Shown here in pieces: positions 48,231-59,527 of a DNA stretch of 64,000 bases. The position numbers and the translations under genes are program-made. This DNA comes from Squalus acanthias. Lineage: Eukaryota. The stretch lies in contig CM059431.1 in NCBI GenBank assembly GCA_030390025.1, positions 108,998,001-109,062,000 on the forward strand. The letters are read 5' to 3'. Position 1 is the first letter of the stretch, and each line of letters begins with the position of its first letter. Under the pieces are notes generated by a model that saw only the letters and a program-made list of their open reading frames with translations, was not told where the DNA came from and searched no databases.

Positions 48231-49499
48231 GATTTTAAAAATGGGTCACCAATAACGAGTCTTTGATCATTAAAAATAACTTATAGCAAATGGCACTGAT
48301 CTGGAGAAATCGGGAGTACTTCTGCAACAAACCAACCTAAGCCAGACGAGTATGTAGTGTGTAGTCCTCTACCCAACGGAAATCTCAGAATACTCAGGTA
48401 GGTGAGCCACAAATTCCAGGTGAGCAGCTCCAAGCATTATATCGAAGTTCAGCCCGATGGAGAGGTGCCTTTATGGCAGACATCCCTGTTCCACAGTACA
48501 TTCTACCTCGATGTAATAGCCTATTGTTGCTCATTGGCAAATTCTTAGTTTCCAGCAGGAGTGTAATAGTTTCCATGCTGCTGAGCAATCTTCAGAGCAA
48601 ACAAGCTCCGTTTGGCCTTCTATCTCGTAGGTAAGCAAGCCTGCAACCCACACTGAATTAGCCAACATACCCAACAGGCCTTGGGACACTTCTGAGCAAA
48701 CAGAAACAATTCAATTACATGTTTTTCTATTTTATTTCTTCTCTTTTCTCCTCCTCCTCTTCAAACAACTCCGCGCCATCCATCATTATTCCCCACGCTG
48801 AAGCCTCCAATCAGGGCAGTTTTTCTAACCCGTAACCTCTGGCCTTCCCCCCCCCCCCACCCCCGTCACATTATTTCAGCAAATATTGAAGATTTCCCCT
48901 GACAAGAATTAAAGCTGCATCCGTTTGCTGCTTCATTATCTCTTCAACAGAATGATTTATAGTTTGCAGTCTGAAAGCAAAAAAAAAAAGAGGGAAATTG
49001 CATTTTGCGTGCCACGGCAGCCTTGCTCTCCTATTATATCCCGGAGAAGCTCACAACAAACGCTGATGTCAGCTGTAATTGATCGGAGGTCACCCTGTGC
49101 CCTCCAGTAAAAGCCTGCCATTTAACCAGCAAAGTACATGCCAATTGTCTGTGGCTATCTAATGAAGCTGCCTGTCACAGGTATTTACCTTGCCCGAAAT
49201 GGAGGGGAAATGTACATTCTTCCCTGGGCCTCCCTGCACACTTGTGCTTCATGCTGACTTGTGAATAGCACAGCAAAACCTTAGATGAAAGAAAAGCTAC
49301 CCTTAAAATCTGGGTTCTCTTCTCCCATGTCCCACTGTGTATTTCCTCATGGTAATTACTTCAACAATGAGCATGATGTCTGTGACTCCAATCTCAAATC
49401 TACATTGTTCCGTTAATTTCTTAGGCTCCTGATGAAACGCCATTGATGCGGTTTCCACTTCATAAATGTTGGGTCCTGATCTGACTCCAGGAAGGCTAT

Positions 49500-50103
49500 A
49501 TTGGCCTTGGAGGGAGCACAGATTCACCAGAGTACCGGGGCGTAGAGTGTTAAATTATGAGGACAGTTTGCATAGACTAGGCTTGTATTGCCTTGAATAT
49601 AGAAGATTAAGGGGTGATCTAATTGAGGTATTCAAGAAGATTAAAAGGAGTTGATAGGGTCGATAGAGAGGTACTATTTCCTCTGGTGGGAGAGTTCAGA
49701 ACAAGGGGGTATAACCTTAAAATTAAAGCTAGGCCGTTCAGGGGTGATGTCACGAAGCACTTCTTCACACAAAGGGTAGTGGAAATCTGGAACTCTCTCC
49801 CCACAAAACCTATCGAGGCTGGAGGTCAATTGGGGAGCGGGCGGGAAAGTGGACTTGAGGCCAAGATCAGATCAGCCATGATCTTATTGAATGGCGGAGC
49901 AGGCTTGAGGGGCCAAATGGCCTACTCCTGCTCCCATTTCTTATGTAATTGAAAATTTCAAAACTGAGTGATAGATTTCTTTTAGGTAAGGGTACTATGA
50001 GATAGGGAACCAAGGCAGGTAGAGTTAAGATACAGATCAGCCATGATCTATTTGAATTGCGGAACAGGCTCGAGGGGCTGGATGGCCTCCTCCTGTTCCT
50101 GTG
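49500..50103 (+). mobile_element. CR1 3' fragment with a second CR1 tail nested at 49833-49946
   Basis: LGLYCLEYRRLRGDLIEVFK; nested tail flanked by aattg at 49828-49832 and 49947-49951. Confidence 0.88.
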
Positions 50104-50537
50104 TTGCAGACAGAAGATCTGGAAGAGGTCACCTCACACGGTTTTGGCTGGAGAATACTCGAGTACGACTAGTGCGGTGGCTAGTCTAGTCTAAAAAGTG
50201 TGCAGGTTGTCAGTTGTACCCGCAGGCGCTTTATAAAGTTGCACAAAAGCACAGATTCGCACCCTGCGCTCAATCCATTTAAAATTTACAGGCTGGACCA
50301 GGGAGTCAGGTTCACAGCCTTCAGTATAAACAAGGTGCTACTGGCTGTGAGTCACTCTTATAGCTGCCTTTCTATAGATCACCAGCCAAAGTATATGCAC
50401 AGCTTAAACGAGCCTTACCTACAAGGCTTACAGTGAACACTTAAAAATAATGTTAAAAATCCTTTGTTTACTGCATAGGTTTGTTTAAATACTGAGTGTG
50501 ATGGCAGGTTTCCTCTCCCTGTATTGTTCTGGATATT

Positions 50538-51057
50538 GGCCTGGATATTAACAGGGGTGGGTTACGTAGGTGGGTGGGGGTGCCGAGTTTCGGATGTGTT
50601 TCCCCGCATGCTGTGGAGTTTTAACAATCCCCGACCATGGGGGTCTTTGTATGGGGGTGGACCTGATGGGTGGGGGGGGGGGGGGGTGGGGGGAGAGGGG
50701 GGAAGCACTCCTGCTCCTCCTGGCCCACAAGCAGTGCTGTAAAGGCACTCACCTTCTCCCCGAAACTGTCCTCGCCTCCTTTCAGCTGTCAAGTTTCCCC
50801 GAGGCCTGGGGAACATGGCTGGCCACTGTTAAACCTGCAATGCAGGTTAAATCCGAGGCTGCAAGCCTCATTAAAATATTTAAACTGGCCAAGCCGCCTC
50901 CTGGGAGCGAGCTGGCTGCCTGCCACCTTGTCCCGCCTCTATTCAACCTGGACGCCGGCGGGTTGGAGAAGTGTTGGGGTCAGGTTTCAGATTTTTTTAA
51001 ATTTTAACATCTGACCCGACCCCAACCCTCTTGTTTTTGGGTGTTAAAATTCACCCC
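50538..51057. mobile_element. Harbinger-like MITE
   Basis: Ends ggcctggatattaac / gttaaaattcacccc; family motif at about 50705. Confidence 0.72.
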
Positions 51058-51269
51058 GTTGGTCGCGATATGGATGGATTTTCTCTTACTGTAGTGTTCT
51101 GAAACACTGAGATATGGGCACACCTCCAGTTACTCTTGCGTTGACACAGTGGTTGAGATACAGGTGGGTTTCCTTTTACTGCTTTCTGAAGAAGAGTCTC
51201 TTCCATCTTCAGCACCATTCATTGGTACCAATCATCCCTAGAAAGTTAGTATCAGTAACAAATTTTGTT

Positions 51270-51348
51270 TGGTAACGCTCCTGTGAAGTGCCTCGGGATG
51301 TTTTACTACGTTAAAGGCGCTATATAAATGCAAGTTGTTGTTGTTGCT
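51270..51348 (+). mobile_element. L2 extreme 3' tail
   Basis: gctcctgtgaagtgcctcgggatgttttactacgttaaaggcgctatataaatgcaagttgttgttgtt. Confidence 0.8.
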
Positions 51349-52845
51349 GCCCATCTAAACTGATCAGGAAAAAAAAATTTGCATTTCAAAATTGATATAA
51401 ACATTACCTTCCAACAGTTTATAAAGACAAAAATGTCACGAGCACGCGATGATGCAATCTCACTCAGCTCACCTTTTCTGTGAATTACATGCTGGCGGCC
51501 CCACAGTTCAATAATTTTGCTGAGAGGCACTCTCGATGCTTGCGTTCTCCGCCAATGATCCTTGTTTGACGCCATTTTGACTCCTGACCATTCTGCACTG
51601 CACGCTCAGACAATTGCCACGTGCTAAAGATGGAAGGGACATGTCTACATAAAGCTTAACCAGTGCGTTGGGACACCACAGTAAGAGAAAACCTGCCTGT
51701 ATTTAAGTTAACAGTGCTTCACTGAAACTCATTTCACTTTTATAGTGAGGGAATTGACTTTAAGGAGTTGATAAAGTTGACAATCAAGGGCGGTCAATTA
51801 GTGTACACACGCATACACATAAATGCGCAGAGAGTTGAAAAGAGACCATTATTGAATCATTTCTGGTTTAATGAGTATCTCCACTAATGTTAATTGAGCT
51901 CGTTTTCTCTGTCATGTTCCGTGCCTCCTCCAATCCCATTCCCCTAATGATGTCCTTGAAAGTCATTCAAACAAAAAGTTAACAGAGAACGAAGCAAAGG
52001 ATTGCGATCATTCTTCGCATTTGATTTTGGGGGGAAAAAAGATTTTGATGGGGAAAATGCCCCTTTTTGAATTTCAACTCGAATACGACAATTGCCCTTT
52101 GGTTTGCAACCCTTTACCATGGCAACGCCATCCTTTTCAAAAGGCATAATGTTTGTCACACAGGTGATGCAAATAGCATGACAACTTCACCCATCGTAGA
52201 AAAAACAAACGACTTTTAAAGTATAAAAACTGACCGGCGTAAAAAAAAAGTGCATCGTAAAAGTTTGCAGCATCAGGTTCAGATGCAAACTGACAGGACA
52301 GCTCGAGAAATGAGGATCTTAGAGCAGCATTTGAGGATCCTGATCTGGTACTGAAACTGGCTAATCAAAGCAATAATCCAACTATCTATAAAAAAAACTA
52401 AAATACTATCTAACGCAATCCTTACAGATTGCAAATATATATCCTATACTATACTACAGAAGTTAGTCACTTAAAAAAAAACTCCTGACACAAACAAACA
52501 GACAAAAAGTGTTAACTGAGACATGAAAATATACTTTTATGATTATTCTGATGTTGCTGGTTTCCAGGCTAAGCATCAACCTTCTTTTCTCCTTAACCTG
52601 CTTTCCCTAGACACACATCCTGCCTTCTGTTTCTCTCATCTGTAGAATCATTTATGTGGTTTGATGGTGAAGCTCTTCTACATGGGAACAGAGATTGCAT
52701 TTGGTGAGATGCAGAGCTAATTAAAATGTACATTTTGTGATTTAAAAAAGCCACAGCAGCTGTTGCTCCAGACATCCTGAATAGTCCTTTTGACCTAAAC
52801 AGTGCAATCTAGTCAGATGGCACCTCACATGTAAACAAGGAAAGA

Positions 52846-53303
52846 ACGAACAAACTTACATTTATATAGCGCCTTTCACAACCTCAGGACATCCCAAAGC
52901 GCTTTACAGCCAATGAAGTACTTTTTGAAGTGTAGCCACTGTTGTAATGTGGGAAACGTGGCTGCAAATTTACGTACAGCAAGTTCCCACAAACAGCAAT
53001 GTGATAATGACCAGATCATCTGTTTTAGTGATGTTGGTTGAGGGATAAATATTGGCCAGGACACCGGGAGTAACTCCCCTGCGCTTCTTCGAAATAGTAC
53101 CATGGATCTTTTATGATCACCTGAGACGGGGCCGCCGTCTAACGGCTCATTTAAAAGACAGGCACCTCCGACAGTGCAGCACTTCCTCAGCACTGCACTG
53201 AAGTGTCAGCCTAGATTTTGTGCTCAAGTCTCTGGAGTGGGACTTGAACCCACAACCTTCTGACTCCAAGGCAAGTGTGCTACCCACTGAGCTACAGCTG
53301 ACA
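52846..53303 (-). mobile_element. Deu-domain SINE (full length)
   Basis: Reverse complement of the family consensus from head to tail. Confidence 0.9.
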
Positions 53304-53304
53304 C

Positions 53305-53935
53305 CCTGGCCAAGATTTTGCAGGGGGTGAGCGGGCGCGATCGGTGACGGGTCGGGTGGGAAAGTGTTTTTTTTCCCCAGCGGGTCTGGACCCCGCTGTG
53401 AACCCGCCGCCATGCGCTTTCCCCGATGTCGGGTCTGTCAGTGCTGAGCAGACCCGACACGCACTGGCGGGGGACCCAATTCAGGTCATTATGACCTTGT
53501 TTAGAGATGATTAAGAATACATTTCAGCTCACCTTTTGATTTTACGTGCTCGCCCACGGGGTCCTCGCTGTTCGGGGATCACATCTGTTAAGCTGAGGCA
53601 GGAGTTCAGTGGTCATTGAATCAGCTGTTGAGTTGACAGCTTCAAATGTCAAGTAAAAGCTCCTACCTTACAAATATATCTTCCCTCAGCTACAAGCTCT
53701 TCCTCACTGCATTTCCACAACAGATTCACCATGCTGCAAGTCTTTACACAAGTCTCCATCCAGTCTGACCTCATTACCTCTCTCACCATTGACAGTTCGC
53801 TTCTGTCATCTCAACTTCACCTGCCATCTATTCCATCAGCATGGGTGTCCTTTATACTCTCTCACCTTGGTCCTCAGAATCCCACCACGATCAGCCCCAA
53901 CACCAGCAGCACCAGGCACACCAGCTGGCTTTCCA
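53305..53935. mobile_element. One end of a Harbinger-like element
   Basis: Starts ggccaagattttgc with a GC-rich subterminal region like the 2389 and 45434 MITEs; no opposite TIR found. Confidence 0.5.
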
Positions 53936-54614
53936 ACGCACTATGGATGATGATCGTATTACACAGATTGAAATGAACTCTCTGCTGACAGCGAAACATT
54001 CTGTATCGCTCTGCACCTTGAACAACTGCAGTTCCATTTTGTACAATATCCGTAATTCAATCACAGTGTATTGGCTGAGCGATGTATGTTCAAATTCAAT
54101 TGAGAAGAGTCAGGCCTGATTGAGTGAAGAGACTATAACACGTGACAGTGCTGACAGCAAATTAGAGTTTGCTGCAGCTTCTTTGGGCCCAAGCTGCAAT
54201 TTTTAAACGTTGCAGAAAGAGCAGAGAAATAAAAAGATATCGACTCCCAGTGGCAGTGACCGTAATCTCAGTGACAAGAGAGACAATTTGTGCTGTTCCA
54301 GTAAATGAAGGGCAGTGGGACAGTTTAAGAACTCCACCAGTAGTGTACTAGGGAAATTCAAGATATCGAGCTCAATGAAAACGTGATATCAACTGCACCC
54401 GGGAAATTGCAGGCATCAGACTGATTGAAGGAATCAATTGGCGCTATACCAAGGCTATTGAATACATTGTGCTGTTTCAAGTAGAAACCCCCCAAAATCA
54501 AGTCCTTCAATGTAGACCCATTTATCTACAACTCCCCGGTGTCTCCTGGGCTGTCCATATACAACTTAAATAACTCCAGTTCAGAATTCATCAATGAGGT
54601 GTAGCAGAGCTCCT

Positions 54615-54908
54615 CAAATACAAAAGCAAAATACTGCGGATGCAAGAAATCGGAAATAAAAACAGAAAATGCTGGCAATACTCAGCAGGTCAGGCAGCAT
54701 CTGCGGAGACGCCCCACAGACCGTCCCTTTTTGTTCTTTCCTCCCCTCCCCCCTTTCCCTGCCTCTGCACTTGCTTAAAAACTGTTGCACCTCCAACTTC
54801 TGCCAGTTCTGATGAAAGGTCAACGACCTGAAACGTTAACTCTGTTTCTCTCTCTCCACGGATGCTGCCTGGCCTGCTGAGTGTTTCCCAGCAATTTCTG
54901 TTTTTTTA
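54615..54908 (+). mobile_element. PLE terminal repeat with an inverted partial copy at its 5' side (54615-54708)
   Basis: aacagaaaatgctggcaatactcagcaggtcaggcagcatctgcggaga is the reverse complement of the tail at 54850-54905. Confidence 0.85.
54805..54841 (+). ncRNA. Minimal type I hammerhead ribozyme motif, second PLE family (intact)
   Basis: agtt-CTGATGA-a-aggtc(aac)gacct-GAAA-cg-TT-aact. Confidence 0.82.
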
Positions 54909-55171
54909 ATCACAGCTTTTCCCCTGTTGAGTTTTTTTTCCCGCTTATACTGGTTGTACTTGTATTGGGAGACAGCCTTGGCTTTGAAAGGCCTTTGAGG
55001 GGGAGGTGATAGCAGCCTCGGGTCCGGAAGAAGCAACTTGGAGTGAAAACTGCATGTGAGGGGCTGCATCAGAAAACACCGCAGTTCAGAAGACCTGTTT
55101 AATTATCGATGATATCTGTACCGGACATATTTCAGTTAAGATCTGCTTACAGTGGGTTCCTGCCCAGGTGC

Positions 55172-55174
<3 letters not shown>

Positions 55175-55202
<28 letters not shown>
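55175..55202. repeat. (CA)n microsatellite
   Basis: Seen directly. Confidence 0.95.
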
Positions 55203-55602
55203 GGTAAAGGATGCAAGTCGGATGCAAGACAAAAGTAGGGCAGTGCATTTACTGGAATTTCTAAGTTGACGGATACGGTCACTGCACGAGACTGTCACGT
55301 CTTAATTCCCATTTACAATTTGTGAGGCTCACCATTATGGAAGTTTTAGAAAACAGTCTACTTTCCAACTCCACCTCAGTCTGCCTTGCTGAATGATCAA
55401 AGTCTTATCAGAGTATTTTTTCACTCAAACCATTTAGAGGTCACCCCACTCTCTGCCAAGGCGTATCTTCTTCCCCACAATAGTATCGTATTTATTTATT
55501 TTAATGCATGCTTCCTCTAACTGGGGTTTTAGATGCCATTCCCCATCCTTTGGTGAGGAGACAGCGGTCAAGAAAACTGCCTGTTTCTAGATTATCTGCT
55601 AC

Positions 55603-56040
55603 TGTCAGCTGTGGCGCAGTGGGTAGCACACTCACCTCTGAGTCATGAAGTTTGTGGGTTCAAGTCCCACTCCAGGAACGTGAGCACATAAATCCAGGCT
55701 GACACTCCAGTGCAGTGCTGAGGGAGTGCTGCACTGTCGGAGGTGTCGCCTTTCGGATGAGCCATTAAACCGAGGCCCCGTCTGCTCTCAGATGGATGTA
55801 AAAGATCCCGTGGCACTATTTCAGAGAAGAGCAGGGGAGTTATCCCCGGTGTCCTGGGCCAATATTTGTCCCTCATCCAACATTATCACATCACTGTTTG
55901 TGGGAGCTTGCTGTGTGCAAATTGGCTGCCGCGTTTCCTACTTTACAACAGTGACAGTACTTCATTGGCTGTAAAGCGCTTTGAGACGTCCGGTGGTCGT
56001 GAAAGGAGCTATAGAAATGCAAGTCTTTCTTTTTTTCTTT
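55603..56040 (+). mobile_element. Deu-domain SINE (near full length)
   Basis: A and B boxes, Deu block, L2-type tail. Confidence 0.9.
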
Positions 56041-56179
56041 CAGACCAGAGCCAGCCACTAGCAAGTGTTGTAGTTCGGGTTACGGTGACTCACTCTTTGA
56101 TTTTTTCGCCCTTGCTCTGAGGAAGTCTTCAGCCTCCGCTAAACAACTCTCTCGACAGAATCACCAAGGGTGCGCTAAA

Positions 56180-56560
56180 AATAAGAACAACTTGCATTTA
56201 TATAGCGCCTTTAACATAGAAGAAAATGTACTACGGTGCTTCGAAGAGAAAATGGACGCTGAGCCAAAGCTGATCTCAGGAGGGCTGACCAAAAGCTTAC
56301 TCAAAGAGGTGGGTTTCAAGCAGGGTTTTAAAAGGAGGAGGGAGGAGGGAGAAACAGAGGGGTGTAGGGAGGGAATTGTAGAGGCTGTGGCCCCTTTGGC
56401 TGAAGGCACGGCTGCCAATGGTGGGCAAATAGAGCGGGGCTGCACAAGAGACTGCTGTCAGGAAAACAGAGGGATTGAGGGTGGGGTGATTGTAGTGGTG
56501 CACGAGTTAGGCCATGGAGGGATTTAAACTCAAGGATGAAAACATTTAATTTGAGGCACT
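56180..56560 (-). mobile_element. L2 3' fragment
   Basis: aacaacttgcatttatatagcgcctttaac...ctgaccaaaagctt. Confidence 0.82.
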
Positions 56561-56729
56561 CAGGGAACAGTGAGAGTCCTTCAGCACCTTATTCAAGTGG
56601 CCGCTGTTAATGTGTGAGCTCAGGCAGGGAGTATCAGTGGGCTACACCCTCATTGAAGTGATTACAATTCTGTCCGCACTCCATGTCCACACTAGCATAT
56701 ATCCAGCTGGAGTTACTGAACAGAAGTCA

Positions 56730-57305
56730 GAACACCTCCATTCAGTCCGTAAGCGTGACCCCGAGCTTCCGGTCGCCTGTCACTTTAATTCTCCGCTCCA
56801 CTCCCACTCTGACCTCCCCGTCCTCGGCCTGTTATACTGTCCCAATGAAGCTCAACGTAAGCTCGAGGAACAGCGACTCATCTTTCGATTAGGCACTTTA
56901 CAGCCTTCTGGACTCAACATCGACTTCAACAATTTCAGACCATAACCTCGGCCCCTATTCATTTTTTTTCTCCCTCTCACATGGCAGCGGTCGATCATTC
57001 TGCCAGTGCCATTTACAACTCATCTAGAGTCATCTTTTGTTTCTTAACTTGTCCCATTACCATCTCCTTTTGCCTTGCACCATCATCCCTTTTGTCTCTT
57101 AATCTCTCCTGCCTTCCATCCTATCACAGACCTTCCCTTTTGTTCTTTCCTCCCCTCCCCTACACTTGTTTAAAAACCTGTTACATCTCCAATATTTTCC
57201 AGTTATGACGAAGGGTCATCGACCTGAAACGTGAACTCTGTTTCTCTCTCTACAGATGCTGCCTGACCTGCTGAGTATTTCCAGCATTTTCTGTTTTTAT
57301 TTCAG
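56730..57305 (+). mobile_element. PLE 3' fragment (GIY-YIG C-terminus plus terminal repeat)
   Basis: EHLHSVRKRDPELPVACHFNSPLHSHSDL...KLEEQRLIFRLGTLQPSGLNIDFNNFRP*. Confidence 0.9.
57201..57237 (+). ncRNA. Degenerate hammerhead motif (CUGA changed to AUGA, UH changed to UG)
   Basis: agtt-ATGACGA-agggtc(atc)gacct-GAAA-cg-TG-aact. Confidence 0.55.
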
Positions 57306-57371
57306 GAACCCGGTCTTATTTTTCCTCTCCCTGGCCGAGGAGCACTGGCTCCAGCTGCTGTGATCTGCTAA

Positions 57372-57594
57372 CTTTGAAAGCTATTGAAAATATAGGCAAA
57401 CTCATCGGTGTAGTGGAGCCTCATTGGACAAGAACATTGGTCAGAGAATATGGCCTTTAGTGCGACTCCAGTTCGCCACGCCCATCGAGCAAAGGCTCCA
57501 TTCCAGTAGCACAGCCTCGCTGAAATTGCCCTCTAATACCCGCTGACATCAAGGAAATAAACCCACCTCAAACGGCTGGCTGTATTATTTCATT
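57372..57594. repeat. Left arm of a 223-bp inverted duplication
   Basis: Reverse complement of 58779-59001 with 2 mismatches by my count. Confidence 0.95.
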
Positions 57595-57597
57595 AAC

Positions 57598-58268
57598 TTA
57601 AGAAAAGACATACTTGCTCTCGAGTCAGTACAAAGAAGGTTCACTCGGTTAATCCCCGGGATGAGGGGGTGGTCATATGAGGAGAGGTTGGGTAGATTGG
57701 GACTCTACTCATTGGAGTTCAGAAGAATGAGAGGCGATCTTATTGAAACATATAAGATTGTGAAGGGGTTGGATCGGGTGGATGCGGGGAGGATGTTCCC
57801 AATGATGGGTGAAACTAGAACTAGGGGGCATAGTCTTAGAATAAGGGGCTGCTCTTTCAAAACTGAGATGAGAAGGAACTATTTCACTCAGAGGGTGGTA
57901 GGTCCATGGAATATGCTGCCCCAAAAAGCTGTAGAAGCTACATCATTACATAAATTTAAAACAGAAATAGACAGTTTCCTAGAAGTAAAGGGAATTAAGG
58001 GTTACGGGGAGCGGGCAGGAATTTGGACATGAGTCTAGGTTCGGATCGGTCATGGCCCTGTGGGTAGCGTAGCGGGCCCAGGGGCCGTGTAGCCTGATCC
58101 TGCTCCTATTTCGTGTGTCCAATTCTGTTAGGTTCAGGAGATGGTTCTGTGATAGTAGATTGGCGGTTAGGATCAGATCAGCCATGATCTTATTGAATGG
58201 CGGAGCAGGCTCGAGGGGCCAATTGGCCTACTCCTGCTCCTATTTCTTATGTTCTTATGTTCTTATGA
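57598..58268 (+). mobile_element. Young CR1 3' fragment with a doubled 3' UTR
   Basis: Open ORF MRGWSYEERLGRLGLYSLEFRRMRGDLIE...; (ttcttatg)x3 tail. Confidence 0.93.
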
Positions 58269-58778
58269 TGGGCCGAATGGCCTCCTTCTGTGCTGTATGA
58301 TTCTGTGCTTCTGATGCTTTTCAGGACATTTTACTTGTAATTTAGACCCACATCAGACTGATAAACTGTTCAAATCATGTTTATTGTGACGTTTACATCA
58401 GACTTCATTACTACTGCTGCACCCTAAAGTGGCTTTATGTTCATTTTCCTTATTCTCTTGATTAGGAACTCCCAATTACAATGCGTACAACTGCCCCCCG
58501 CCCCCACTTTTCCCCACAATAGGAAAATGAGAATCAAACTGGTGCAGGATTAATTAAACGCTCAGCATTCATTCAATGAATGGCAGCGCCACATTCCCTC
58601 ATGAAATATATTTCAACTCAAACACCTAATCCCGCAGCCCATGCATTAAAAGCTGTGCCAGCTTTGACCTTTCACACTTCGAGAATGTGAGGCTGTTGCC
58701 TCTAGCAAGCTGCAAATCTGCTGCTTACGCTGAACTCCTGTCCCGATTGGGGATGGCGGGGGTGGGGTGGGGGGGTGA

Positions 58779-59001
58779 AATGAAATAATACAGCCAGCCG
58801 TTTGAGGTGGGTTTATTTCCTTGATGTCAGCGGGTATTAGAGGGCAATTTCAGCGCGGCTGTGCTCCTGGAATGGAGCCTTTGCTCGATGGGCGTGGCGA
58901 ACTGGAGTCGCACTAAAGGCCATATTCTCTGACCAATGTTCTTGTCCAATGAGGCTCCACTACACCGATGAGTTTGCCTATATTTTCAATAGCTTTCAAA
59001 G
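58779..59001. repeat. Right arm of the 223-bp inverted duplication
   Basis: See 57372-57594. Confidence 0.95.
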
Positions 59002-59087
59002 AGCCTGGGAATCGGCACCAGAAAAATGCTGTAAATATACAGCAAGCCTAAAGAGTCTGAAAGAAATAAAGAACTATAATAATATTT

Positions 59088-59527
59088 GAGAGACTGAGGA
59101 GACGAGGCCTATGTTCCCTAGAGTTTAGAAGAATGAGAGGTAATCTCATTGAAACATCGAAAATTCTTAAAGGGCTTGGCAGGGTAGATGGCGAGAGGCT
59201 GTTTCCCCTGGCTGGGAGTCTAGAACCAGGGATCACAGTCTCAGAATAAGGGGTCGGCCATTTAGGACGGAGATGAGGAGAAATTTCTTCACTCAGAGGG
59301 TGGTGAATCTTTGGAATTCTCTACCCCAGATGGTTGTGGAGGCTCAGTTGTTGATTATATTCAAGACGGAGATCGATAGATTTTTGGGCACTAAGGGAAT
59401 CAAGGGATATGGGGATCGGGTGGGAAAGTGGAGTTGAGGTAGAAGATCAGCCATGATCCTATTGAATGGTGGAGCAGGCTCGAGGGGCCGAATGGCCAAC
59501 TCCTGCTCCTATTTCTTATGTTCCTAT
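59088..59527 (+). mobile_element. CR1 3' fragment
   Basis: gagtttagaagaatgagaggtaatctcattgaaac...cctgctcctatttcttatgttcctat. Confidence 0.9.
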
